This document shows, in pieces, positions 35,860 through 47,016 of a DNA stretch of 64,000 nt. How positions within the stretch are numbered: position 1 is the stretch's first letter; each line of letters begins with the position of its first letter. The notes beneath the pieces are model-generated. The model saw only the letters and a program-made list of their open reading frames with translations. It made no database searches and was not told where the DNA came from. The stretch lies in contig JAXLNO010000153.1 in NCBI GenBank assembly GCA_038087875.1, forward strand, positions 1 to 64,000, given 5' to 3'. This DNA is from Malacoraja senta. Taxonomy: Eukaryota. The translations under genes and the position numbers were made by a program.

Positions 35860-36781
35860 GCCTATTTCCTTCGCTCCATAGATGCTGCTGCACCCGCTGA
35901 GTTTCTCCAGCATTTTTGTGTACCTATGGGCAATCAGTGATGGTATTGCCAGTGTAAATATTGACTGGGAATTAATTATTTAAAATGTTAAAATTATTTT
36001 AAAATATGTATATTTTTGTCTTTGTAAACGCAGTGCAAAGGAAGAAATGAATAAACCAAACACAAGTAGAATATCGAAAATCATGAACTTGGTGGGTAGT
36101 GATATAGATACACAAATTGTTTTAACATCAATCCATTTGAATAACATATCAATTTCTAAACTGAAGTTTTCAGTTAAAGTTAACATGATTTATTAATTCT
36201 AAACTAATGTTATCTATAATATAATGCAGGTAAAGTTCACAAGTTATAGGAGTAGAATTGGGCCATTCTGCCCATTGGGTCCACTGCCATTCAATCATGT
36301 CTGATCTCTGCCTCCTAATCCCATTTTCCTGCCTTCTCCCCATAACACTTGACACCTGTTCTAATCAAGAATTTGTCTATCTCTGCCTTAAAAATATCCA
36401 CTGACTTGGCCTCCACAGCCCTCTGTGGCAATGAGTGTTACAGATTAAATACCATTTGACTAAATAAGTTCCTCCTCACTTCCACCTCCTCTTTCTGAAA
36501 GAGCGTCCTTTAATTCCGAGACTATGAAACTCTGGTCCTAGACCAGGGGTGGGGAACAAGCGGCCTTAAGGCCACTTCCGGTTGCGACAGACTTCCGGTT
36601 GCGACATGCTCTGCTAGCAGTCGCAAACTTTTTAGCTCCGCTGAAAAAATCGCGATTTTTCGCGTTAAAATCGGGTCTGGAGGTCGGGACCGTTTTTAAA
36701 AACTTACCGGAGCTTCATGTCGCGGTGCTGATGACGTCATCAGTAAGCGCCGCGATTTTAACGGAGGGAAAGTCATTTTAA

Positions 36782-37777
36782 ATGAAAAGTACATCTCCAG
36801 GTCAGAGCCCACAGAGGAAAATCTCAAAACATCTGCTGAAGACTCTGGAACAGCAAGAAACTTCAGAACTGACCTCTGGAGAGGTCTCTGCAATGGCTAC
36901 TCGATCTGCAAAAGAGAAAACCGAAATGGAGGACTTAAGAAACTCGGTAAGAGATATCAAAAATGATATGGAAGCTGGGAACAGTAAATTGATAGCCGGT
37001 AATGATAAAATACTTGAGGGTATTGAGGCTCTCCAAAAAAGAATTGAAGGTGTGGAAAAAGGACTATCGATAAAAATTGAAAAGGTGGTAGAAGAGACCA
37101 CAAAGATGTTTGAGGCTGTGCACGAAACTGTGGCTGCAAATGCATCTGCAGTGAAAGATTTGGAAGCTGCTGTGGAAGTGATGGCTGGAGAGATGCAGAC
37201 TATGAAGTCAGAAATAGATAGTCTCAAGAACCAAGTCACAAAGGTTTCGAATAAATGTGTTGACCTAGAAGCTCGCTCAAGACGTCAAAATATAAGAATA
37301 CGTGGTGTAAAAGAGGGAGCTGAGGGGGACAATGTTTGTGAGTTCGCTGCCAACCTAATTAAACACGTACTGAAGCTACCAGAAGTACCTGTAATTGAAG
37401 TAGCACATCGACTCCCCAGATTTAAATCAAGATCTCAAGGAGAACGTGCCTACCCACGACAGATCATAATTAAACTTCGGGATATCTCAACAATGGAAGC
37501 GCTGATGAAAAAAATCAACCACGGAGAGAAGATGATGTACAGAGGTGATACTATTAAACTCCTACGGGACTACCCTTATGAGATTGAGCAAAAGAGAAGA
37601 AAGTTCTCACAGACCAGAGAAGTTCTTTATGGTGTTAAGGGAGTTTTGTGTGGAGTGTTTTACCCGGCTAGAATGCGTATCACCTTTGAGGGAGTGTCAA
37701 AAACATTCACTAATTCGGATGAATCTCTCAAATACGCTCAAGAAATCGCGACTAAGGCTGCATCAACTGGAGACTGA
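36782..37777 (+). CDS. L1 ORF1p (coiled coil plus RRM/CTD)
   Basis: 331 aa; heptad region, DLEARSRRQNIRIRGVKE, IEVAHR, PRQII, YPARMRIT. Confidence 0.93.
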   Translation: MKSTSPGQSPQRKISKHLLKTLEQQETSELTSGEVSAMATRSAKEKTEMEDLRNSVRDIKNDMEAGNSKLIAGNDKILEGIEALQKRIEGVEKGLSIKIEKVVEETTKMFEAVHETVAANASAVKDLEAAVEVMAGEMQTMKSEIDSLKNQVTKVSNKCVDLEARSRRQNIRIRGVKEGAEGDNVCEFAANLIKHVLKLPEVPVIEVAHRLPRFKSRSQGERAYPRQIIIKLRDISTMEALMKKINHGEKMMYRGDTIKLLRDYPYEIEQKRRKFSQTREVLYGVKGVLCGVFYPARMRITFEGVSKTFTNSDESLKYAQEIATKAASTGD

Positions 37778-38064
37778 AAACCAAGACGACATGAACAAAT
37801 GAACTTGCTTATTCTTCCAACAAGAATATTACAAGGAAAGTGAATTAACTGAACACTGATTTTTTATTTTTTATTTGACTTCAAGCAACAGATTCTTAGT
37901 GAGACGTGGCTAGACATTATTATCTTCGCTGGAACATTGTGCTATGTAATTCAAGGACACTACGTGCTCAAACGAGGAAAACCTGATAACGGGACGAACT
38001 GCTGGGCTGAGAGTGAAAAACATCACATGGCTTATATTGTTTATAAAAAACTGAAAAAACTGAG

Positions 38065-38615
38065 AACTAATAATAATTAACAATTAACAATACTAATATA
38101 GAAATAGCAATTGAAATAGATAAAAAATGTGCAGTCTGCTCTGTTTAGCAGATAACAGCAAGTGCTATGCAGCTCGAGAGTGGAGGGAGGGGGAGACCGG
38201 GTACCTGGCATAACTCCAGGAGCCAGACTCCCGTTAACCCTTCCAGCGAACAGCTCATTTTTAACAATATTAAAATCAATTTAAAATAGTTAAGAGATAA
38301 TATACACTCGAGGTTGATATGAAAAATATATACGGCTTATATAGTTTTACAAAATGCTGAGAATTAATCATAATTAATAATTAACAATACTAATATAGAA
38401 ATAATATTTGAAACTGATAAAACTGTGGTGCCTGCGTCATAATGCAGACAGCAGTTATCACCTATGTTCGCAGCTCGTGGAGAGGAGAAGAGATCAGGCA
38501 CCTGGCACAATTCCAGGAACCTGACTCCGGTTAATCCACTCAGTAAACCGCTCACTTTAACAATACTAAATTCATTTTAAAATAGTTAAGAGATAAAGAG
38601 TGAGTAGGATATGGA
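38065..38615 (+). repeat. Two diverged ~298-bp tandem repeats in the L1 inter-ORF spacer
   Basis: Shared blocks ttaacaatactaatatagaaata, cctggca.aa.tccagga.cc.gactcc.gttaa and tttaaaatagttaagagataa at ~38083-38300 and ~38381-38597. Confidence 0.85.
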
Positions 38616-38996
38616 ATCGAATACATTTGACATATATATAAATTGTAACTGGGTGAAATAGAACTGAATTGGAAACGGTAATGACCCCATAGATTTTGGG
38701 TAAGAAATACAGCGGGGCTAACTTTATACCAACTACGCCGGAAGCGTTATGGATGTCGTACCCCACAGACGAGTGGGCCACTCACTACGGTGTTGAAATT
38801 TTAGACACCGTAAATTTATTTGATTTATATATATATTTTTTTTTAATCACAATATGTCACATCTGTGTGTTTTTTCTTCAAGGACAATCGCGCAGGAGAA
38901 CTACCAAGGAAGTCTATAATAGAAATACTCCCAAAATAACCAGAGTCCGGAGGTATGAACGCACCACAATAATTAAGGTCATTAAAATTGGTAAAA

Positions 38997-41900
38997 ATGC
39001 ATGACGACAATCAAAAGAAAATAGGAGGAATCACATTATGTAGTTGGAATATAAGGGGGATTAATGAACCTATTAAAAGGGGCAAGATACTAGCTCAGTT
39101 GAAATCATACAACACGGACATAGCGTTTCTACAGGAAACACATCTTAAACAGCAAGATCAGACAAGACTGAGGGCGAACTGGATAGGCCAAACATTTCAC
39201 TCTTCATTTACCTCTAAATCTAGAGGTACTGCAATTATTATTCGTAAAGGAATTCCATTTAAATCAAAGAACACTATTTTAGATAAGGAAGGGAGATATC
39301 TTATAGTAGCAGGGGAGATCAATAATATGCCAATCACGCTGGTAAACATATATGCGCCCAACTTTGATAACCCTCAATTTTTTAATAAAATTCTGAATAT
39401 AATTGCAGAATCTAATTATCAAAATGTTATAATCGGAGGAGATTTTAATTGTGTTTTAGATCCTTATTTAGATAAATCGATGCAAAAACAAAAAGGTCAG
39501 ACGAAATCTAAAACCAGTGAACTCTTACACACATATATGGAAAACACAAATATAACAGATGTATGGAGGATTGCAAACCCGACGGGAAGGGATTACTCGT
39601 TTTATTCAATGGTGCATAAAACATATTCACGGATAGACTATTTTCTAGTGGATACAAAATTAATCTCGCAATCTTTGAATCCTAAATATCATATTAATGC
39701 GATCTCAGATCATTCTCCGTTAACTTTTGTTCTAAAACTAGAAGGAATGTCTATGAATAAACCGTTCTGGAGGTTTAACTCACAAATTTTAAAAGACCCT
39801 CAAGGGAGTATCTATCTAAAAAAACAGATGGATCTATTTTTTGAGTTAAATGATACACCAGAGATATCCCCCACGTTATTATGGGAATCCTTCAAAGCAT
39901 TTATAAGAGGAGTCATTATTTCATTTCAAGCTTATCAAAATAAAAAGAATAAGAATGAACAAAGACACTTAGAAGATCAAATAAAACAGTTAGATATAGA
40001 TAATGCTAAAGACCCAACTATGGATAAACATAATAAAATACTACTACTGAAATTTCAGTTAAATAAATTACTGTCAGAGAAAGTTATAACATTATTTCAA
40101 ATCACAAAACAAGAACACTTCGAATTCGGGGACAAACCCCACAAACTTCTAGCACGACAACTTAAAAAACGGGAAAAAGAGAATGCAATATTAAAGATTA
40201 AATCAGATAGAGGGGAAGTATTAACACTACCCAAGGATATTAATAAAAGATTTGCTCAATTTTACCAGAATCTATACACATCTAAAACGTCAATAGACAA
40301 TAATAAAATCTCAGAATTTTTAGATAATTGTAATCTACCACAATTAGAACGCAGGGAACAAGAGGAACTGGGAGCACAAATTACTTCTAAGGAGATAGAA
40401 GACACAATAAAAACACTAAAAAATGGAAAAACACCAGGACCAGACGGATTCAGTAATGAATTTTATAAATCTTTTTATGATATAGTTACTCCACGATTAC
40501 AAAAAATGTATACATATGCTTATAAAGAGCAAAACCTACCTGAAACACTAGCGGAATCAACGATCATATTAATACTTAAAAAAGATAAAAATATAGAAGA
40601 ACCAGGATCATATAGAGCTATTGCTTTGTTAAATACGGATCAGAAAATAATAGCAAAAACATTAGCCAATAGATTAAGCAAGTATGTTAGTAGACTAATA
40701 CATGAGGATCAAACAGGATTTATACCTAAGAGACACTCATTTAATAATTTGAGACGTTTGCTTAACATAATGCATTCACATAAATCTTATGACCAAGAGT
40801 TAGCTATCATCTCACTGGACGCAGAAAAAGCGTTTGATCAAGTAGAATGGGACTATATGATCAAAGTATTGCAAAAATTCCAATTGGGAGAAAACTTTAT
40901 TGCATGGATAAAACTACTATATAACAAACCTACGGCTAGAATACTAACTAATAATATATTATCTTCAAAATTCGAATTATCTAGGGGCAACAGACAAGGA
41001 TGTTCACTATCACCGCTGTTATTTGCTTTGGTAATTGAACCCCTTGCTGAAAAAATAAGAACACACTCGAATATTCACGGTTATAACACAAAATATTCAA
41101 ACAACAAACTATCCCTATATGCTGATGATGTACTACTGTACATCACAAAACCACAAATTAGTATACCAAATATATTAAACTTAATTGAGGACTTTGGATC
41201 CTTTTCAGGATATAGAATAAATTGGAACAAAAGTGAAATTATGTCGATTAAACCAAAAGATTCAACACATCTCAGGAAATTCCCTTTTAAAATAGCTATG
41301 GAAAAATTCAAATATTTAGGAATTGAGATTACTAGAAATTACCATGATATGTTTAAAGCTAATTATAATCCCCTACTTAAGAAATTAAACAATCTGATTA
41401 AATTTTGGAAAACACTTCCGATGTCCTTAATAGGTAGGATAAATGCTATAAAAATGATTTTCTTACCACAAATCCTTTACCTATTTCAATCAATACCTAT
41501 ATATCTCCCAAAAAAGTTTTTCAAAAAACTGGACTCAGACATTACAAATTTTATATGGGATTACAAATCCCACAGAATACAAAGAACACACCTTAACAAA
41601 CGAAAAGAGTTGGGGGGTCTAGCGCTCCCTAACTTTATGTATTATAACTGGGCAGTAAATATTAAAAATATGATTCACCTGCTGGACAATTCTGCCCAGC
41701 AGGTGGACTGGATTATAATGGAAAAAGGGGATTGCTCCCCGAATAATATAGGAGCGATTATTCTCTCTCCAATAAACTTGAATAATAAAAATTATAATAA
41801 AAATCCAATTATATATAGCACTATTAGAACATGGAAGCAAATAAAACAGAATCTAAAATTAAGAAACCTATCTCTCTTAATACCAATAGTCAATAACCCA

Positions 41901-42788
41901 TCGTTTAAACCTTCAATCATAGATAAAGCATTTATACAATGGGAAAGAATGGGAATTAAAACGCTCGAAGATCTGTATGAATTAGAAAAATTACTATCAT
42001 TCCAACAACTACAACTGAAATATAATTTGAAAAATAATCAATATTTTAAATATATACAAATCTGTGACTATTTGAAAACACACACAAAAGATTATTATAA
42101 TATGCCTTCCGACTTACTAGATGAAGCAATGAAGACAAAGGCGGAATCAGCTAATTTAATATCATACTTATATAATATCATTTTAAATATAGAAATACCC
42201 ACAACAGATGGAATTAGAAGAGATTGGGAACAAGATCTAGGTATAAAAATTTCAAAAGAGAGTTGGGATAATCATTTATTACAGGTGCATAAATGCTCGA
42301 TCAACGTACGACATACGCTTATCCAATTTAAAACATTACATAGATTATATTATTCAAAAACCAAACTAAATAAAATCTTTCCTAACGTCTCACCAATCTG
42401 TGATAAATGTATATGTCAAGAAGCTACCATAGCACATTCTTTTGTTTTTTGTACAAAAATCCAAAAATTCTGGTTTGAAATATTTGATATTTTTTCAAAA
42501 TTAATCAAAATAAAACTGGTACCAAAACCAGAATGGATTATTTTTGGAATATCGGAAGGTATTCCTGAATTAAACGTGTATCAGAAGAATTTACTCAATT
42601 ATGGGCTAATAATGGGAAAAAAGCTTATACTTAAATTCTGGAAAAATGCGCCCACACCAACAATAAAAATGTGGACATCAAATATGTTGGAAACATTACA
42701 TCTGGAAGAGATGAGATTCCTCCTAGTAGGCAAAGCAGATCAATTTCAAAAGACGTGGTCTACGTTTTTGGACCTATTACAAGCATGA
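38997..42788 (+). CDS. L1 ORF2p (APE endonuclease, reverse transcriptase, cysteine-rich C-terminus)
   Basis: First ATG at 38997; SWNIRG, FLQETH, GGDFN, SRID, ISDH, PGPDG, SLDAEKAFD, RQGCSLSP, YADD, CDKC..H....C; no stops. Confidence 0.96.
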   Translation: MHDDNQKKIGGITLCSWNIRGINEPIKRGKILAQLKSYNTDIAFLQETHLKQQDQTRLRANWIGQTFHSSFTSKSRGTAIIIRKGIPFKSKNTILDKEGRYLIVAGEINNMPITLVNIYAPNFDNPQFFNKILNIIAESNYQNVIIGGDFNCVLDPYLDKSMQKQKGQTKSKTSELLHTYMENTNITDVWRIANPTGRDYSFYSMVHKTYSRIDYFLVDTKLISQSLNPKYHINAISDHSPLTFVLKLEGMSMNKPFWRFNSQILKDPQGSIYLKKQMDLFFELNDTPEISPTLLWESFKAFIRGVIISFQAYQNKKNKNEQRHLEDQIKQLDIDNAKDPTMDKHNKILLLKFQLNKLLSEKVITLFQITKQEHFEFGDKPHKLLARQLKKREKENAILKIKSDRGEVLTLPKDINKRFAQFYQNLYTSKTSIDNNKISEFLDNCNLPQLERREQEELGAQITSKEIEDTIKTLKNGKTPGPDGFSNEFYKSFYDIVTPRLQKMYTYAYKEQNLPETLAESTIILILKKDKNIEEPGSYRAIALLNTDQKIIAKTLANRLSKYVSRLIHEDQTGFIPKRHSFNNLRRLLNIMHSHKSYDQELAIISLDAEKAFDQVEWDYMIKVLQKFQLGENFIAWIKLLYNKPTARILTNNILSSKFELSRGNRQGCSLSPLLFALVIEPLAEKIRTHSNIHGYNTKYSNNKLSLYADDVLLYITKPQISIPNILNLIEDFGSFSGYRINWNKSEIMSIKPKDSTHLRKFPFKIAMEKFKYLGIEITRNYHDMFKANYNPLLKKLNNLIKFWKTLPMSLIGRINAIKMIFLPQILYLFQSIPIYLPKKFFKKLDSDITNFIWDYKSHRIQRTHLNKRKELGGLALPNFMYYNWAVNIKNMIHLLDNSAQQVDWIIMEKGDCSPNNIGAIILSPINLNNKNYNKNPIIYSTIRTWKQIKQNLKLRNLSLLIPIVNNPSFKPSIIDKAFIQWERMGIKTLEDLYELEKLLSFQQLQLKYNLKNNQYFKYIQICDYLKTHTKDYYNMPSDLLDEAMKTKAESANLISYLYNIILNIEIPTTDGIRRDWEQDLGIKISKESWDNHLLQVHKCSINVRHTLIQFKTLHRLYYSKTKLNKIFPNVSPICDKCICQEATIAHSFVFCTKIQKFWFEIFDIFSKLIKIKLVPKPEWIIFGISEGIPELNVYQKNLLNYGLIMGKKLILKFWKNAPTPTIKMWTSNMLETLHLEEMRFLLVGKADQFQKTWSTFLDLLQA

Positions 42789-43531
42789 GGTGCAATAGTA
42801 ATTTAGAAAAACAAATAAATAAATAAAAGGTATCTGGACCTGGTAATGGGAGGTAAAATAAAAATAGACTTGGTTGGTAGTTCCTTCTCTATGAAGTATG
42901 GTATAAGAGTCATAATAGAGCGATTGTTCCTTCTTTCTTTCTCTTTTTTTTCTAGGGTCTATTTTCTAACTTTACTTCCTTCTCTAACCTCTTTTCTAAG
43001 GGGCTTTCTTTTCCCAACACTCTTTTGCACTTCACAACCTTTGCGCACTTTCTTCACTTTTCTTACTTCTTTCTTTTTCTTTCTTAAAGTTTAAAAAAGT
43101 GAAGCGGTACAAAAAATGTATTAATATATACGTGTTGTACATTACTGTAATCTACCGTACTTCTAAAAAATAAAAAATTAAAAAAAAAAAAAAAAAAAAA
43201 AAGGCCATTAAGTGCGGCCTTTTGAATGAATCCAAATTTTGTAGAACAAATCCTTTTATTTTTATTAATATATTTTTGTTCGTCTTTTATTATTTTAATT
43301 TTAATTTTAAAATGAACATATTTAAAATACTAAAGAGTAAAAAAAGATTCAACGAAATAATCCTCCCCGACTGACGGCCACAATTAAAACAATAGTAAGT
43401 CATGAGGGCTATTTTAACAAAATAATGTACATTTTGAAGTATATCTGAAGTTACAGCTAACTTAATGCGGCATTCCAACATGAAAAGGTTCCCCGCCCCT
43501 TTCCTAGACTCTCCCATCATTGGAAACATCC

Positions 43532-44281
43532 TATAGCCTGGGACTGGATGTTATTATCGCGACGGGCTTTGGGACGATGCTACTAGCTAGAGACAGACAG
43601 AGCAAAACTCTGGGAACAGGAGAACAAAGAAACACTGAAAATGGTCACATGATGAACATCTGGTGAGAACAGAACTGCACGTAATTTCATTGCTCGGCAG
43701 TATGGCCTTGAGAAGATAAGGTGTCTGGGAACGGCCATTTTACAAAGGCACTGTATGATGAGAATGAAAATATGAACAGGCAACATAATTAAGAACTTTC
43801 CAGCCTGAAAAGGAACGAAGATGCGTTTTGTTTATTCAGCATTTGGATGAGTGACAACTCAAAATGATTGACTTTAGAACTGTGAGAGCATTGGGTTTGA
43901 ACAAAGTCTTCCTTTAGGAGATTGAAGGAAAATTAGTATAAAAGAAGGGCGGTCCGAAACATGGGCAGCGACAACCCGGGAACAACCATCACAAGGAGGA
44001 GGGACCTGAGTTCAAAGTTCAGAGAAGACAAACCCCCTACCAACAGAGTGACTCTGTCCAATTCATTCATAGGGGCAATATCTGACTTTGTGATTTAGTT
44101 TAAGAAGTGATAAATTGAAATAGTAAAGTCAATGAGAAGTTATTAGAAGTCAAGTGTTTGCATGCATGTTTTAAGTTACTCGACTTAATAAATATTAAGT
44201 TGTACTAAACTAAATTAAACCTCGGTTTAGAGTCTTGTTTGACACGTCAGTTGGTACCCTATAGAGGTAATAGGGTCACCA
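43532..44281 (+). mobile_element. Solo LTR (~750 bp) with 4-bp TSD ATCC
   Basis: T(A)TAG...CACCA ends; TSD at 43528-43531 and 44282-44285; TATAAAA near 43937 and AATAAA near 44187. Confidence 0.65.
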
Positions 44282-45402
44282 ATCCTTTCCACATTCACTC
44301 TATCTATGCCTTTCATTATTCTGTAAGTTTCAATGTGACCCCCCCCTTCAACTTTCTAAACTCCAGCGAGTAGGGGCCCAGTACTGTCAAACGCTCACCA
44401 TGTGCTAACCCACTCATTCCTGAATCATTCTTGTAAGCCTCCTCTGGACCCTCTCCAGAGCCAGCACATCCTTCCTCGGATATGGGGTCCAAATTTGCTC
44501 ACAGTACTGCAAATGCGGGCTGACCAACGCCTTATAGAGCCTCAGCATTGCATCTCCTTATAGAGCCTTATAGAGCCTCAGCATTATTTGTCTTGCCTAA
44601 AGGTTTATAGTTAAGTCTGCCGACTACTCTTTTTGACTTTTATTGACTAGTACTCCATTTCTTCCATTTCTCATTCTCACTATTCTCTCGTATAGCTGTA
44701 TTATTTCTTTAAGACAAACTAAAAGGAATTATTTAACTTCTCTGCCATTCTCCATATTTAATTCTCCTGTCGCTGCCTGTAAAGGCCCATACCTGCCATC
44801 TTTAGCATTATCCTCCTGCTGTCCATTTTATGTTCACACCATTCGAGGATAGTATGGAAACAGGCCTTTCGGCCCACCTTACCCATGCCAAGCGAGATTT
44901 ATTCTAGTCCCATTTGCTCACATTTGGCCCATATCTCTTCAAATCTTTCCTATCCACATGTGCCCGTCCAAGTGTTTTTTTTTAAATGCTGTTATAGTAC
45001 CTGTTTTAACTATCTCCTCTGGCAGCTCCTTCTATATACACACCACCCTGTGTGTGGAAAACGTTGACCCTCTGGTTCCTCTTGAATATTGCCCGTCTCA
45101 CCTTAAATCTATGTCCTCTGGTTCTTAATTTCCCGTACTCTGGGTAAAAGGCTGTGCATTCATCTGATCTTTTCCCCTCATCATTTTGCACACCTTGTCT
45201 TGTATTCCATCTGGCATTTCTTTATCAATTTATTGGTTCTCCTTTGTTCTAAATGCTCCCATTCTTCTAGTCAAAAACTATTTCTGACAACATGAGCTTA
45301 TTAACTCTTCCTTTAATTCCTCGTGCCAGCCATGGATAATTCACAGTTTTCTGTTGGGTTTTTGTGCATTAAAATAATGTTCTTTATTGTTCTTGATGTC
45401 AG

Positions 45403-45508
45403 ATCAAAGGGAAGATAAAGTTGCCAAAATGGAAACCTAAAATAATGCCCTTTGAAGATGGTCTAGGAATTGATGAAGCTGGTGAAGCAATTCCACACAT
45501 TGTGCAAG
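45403..45508 (+). CDS. Candidate internal exon (duplicate at 49783-49888 has a dead donor)
   Basis: Pyrimidine tract plus cAG; AAG|GTAAAT donor; single open frame IKGKIKLPKWKPKIMPFEDGLGIDEAGEAIPHIVQ. Confidence 0.4.
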
Positions 45509-46896
45509 GTAAATAAAAATCCTTTTGCTCTGACAAATCCATAAGGAAACAGCAATTTATTGGGAACTGAACATAATATTTGAAATGAAGTAGTCACCAA
45601 AAAGTGCATCATTTTGAAATGCACTTTTCTATGTTTCTCACATTTAATGAGTCAATGGTACTTTATTGTCTCATGTAGCTAGGTAGAGTGAAATTCGTGT
45701 ATTGTATACAGTTCAGTAACCATCTTGTTGTAAATGGGGCACAATCATACTAAAGTATAGGAGTGTGAGATTAGTAGATCACATTGAGGCACTACACCAG
45801 AGTCGCCATGTTTCCAGCGACATCTTGTGCCCTTCAAGTTCAGAGTTATTAAAAATGTGAGAGTCCCAAATTGGCCATAAAGACACATTGTCCAGGCGGT
45901 GGCAGTGGGTTGGAGTTGCAGGGGTCAGCTTGATCGGGTGACGTGTCGATGCCCTCCACCGTTGCTCCGCTGCTCCGTGCCGATGCAGGCTGCATCTGAT
46001 CCACACGCATGGCCAGTGCGTTGGAGTTGCAGGGGTCAGCTTGACAAGGTGATGTGTCGATGCCCTCCACCGTTGCTCAGCTGCTCCGTGCCGATGCAGG
46101 CTGCATCTGATCCACACGCATGGCCATTTGGAACAGCACCTGATCTAATTGGAATTTGGAAGGGGGAGGGATGGAGAGAGAGGGAAAGCAAGGGCTATTT
46201 GAAGTCAATATTCATACCGCTGCCCAAGCGAAATGTGTGGTGCTGTTCCTCCAATTCTGCTGGGCCTGACTCTGACATTGGAGGAGGCCCAGGCCAGATA
46301 GGTCAGTATGGGAATGGGAGGGAGAATTAAAGTGTTTAGCAATTGGGAGATCAGGTAGGTTTAGGTCGACTGAGCGCAGTCGAGGATCGAACCTGCGTCT
46401 CTGGCGTTGTGAGGCAGCAACTCTACCATCTGTGCCACTGTGCCTCCCTTCTCTGTATGGAAACCCAATCACAGATTAGGCAACCGGTTTGCAGAGCCGT
46501 TACATTTAGTATCCCAAGGGTGAAGCAGTGTGACTATTCTCATGGGGTAGTTACATTTTTTTAATGGAAAGTCTTTCATTATCTGAACTGTCAAAAAATT
46601 TATATTATTATCTATTATTAATTCAATTAATATGGCATTAAGACATGGAATTAGAGTCCAAATAATGCTTAGAATAATACAATATGGTAAATGCCATTAG
46701 AGCTAAATATACAAAAGATATTTTCCAAACTATGACACACATCCTGCACTAAGATGTAAGTTGATTGGAAAAACTCAATGGCTTGTTTTCAGAAGAATTT
46801 AGATTTGTACAATTAGTTTGTACTTTTGGTGATGATCAGAAAATGTTATTCTTCAACTTTTAACTTGGTATATTTCTCATTTATCCTTTTTTGCAG

Positions 46897-47016
46897 AACA
46901 TATGCATCAGGATACTTGCCAGCAATTGCCAAAATTGCTGGCAAGCGCGAGATTAACCAGTGATACCTGGGTTACATTTGTGCTCATCTGGAAGTGAACC
47001 GTTCAATCATTTGCAG
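46897..47016 (+). pseudogene. Candidate exon with a stop in every frame (duplicate at 51270-51389)
   Basis: Strong acceptor ccttttttgcAG and CAG|GTATTC donor; 120 nt. Confidence 0.3.

Larger units (their letters stand above)
33051..35924. mobile_element. Penelope-like element with inverted structure (minus-strand RT plus GIY-YIG, plus-strand inverted 3' copy) and 15-bp TSD
   Basis: RT 34364..34990 (DVQSLYTSIP, GVAMG, RYIDD); GIY-YIG ORFs 33295..34023(-) and 35100..35714(+); TSD TATGAGCAATCAGTG 33036-33050 / TATGGGCAATCAGTG 35925-35939. Confidence 0.92.
36575..43200 (+). mobile_element. Full-length, apparently intact L1-clade LINE
   Basis: 5' CTTCCGG motif, two open ORFs, poly(A), TSD AAGGCCA (36568-36574, 43201-43207) at a TT/AA site. 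Confidence 0.95.
36544..43501. mobile_element. hAT-Charlie-like MITE (~325 bp, interrupted by the L1), 8-bp TSD TCCTAGAC
   Basis: TIRs CAGGGGTGGGGAAC / GTTCCCCGCCCCT(T); TSD at 36536-36543 and 43502-43509. Confidence 0.85.
36235..44590 (-). mobile_element. Old CR1 3' fragment split by nested hAT/L1 and solo-LTR insertions
   Basis: CR1 sequence at 36235-36543, 43502-43531 and 44282-44590 joins continuously once the inserts are removed. Confidence 0.75.

Noticed and set aside
38997..42788. Retron, DGR or defence-type reverse transcriptase system
   Set aside because: All RTs here carry eukaryotic LINE or Penelope signatures with poly(A) or short-repeat tails and TSDs.
46897..47016. In-frame TGA as selenocysteine or readthrough
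   Set aside because: No SECIS-like element or redox motif recognised; a CGA/TGG-to-TGA mutation or non-coding status is simpler.
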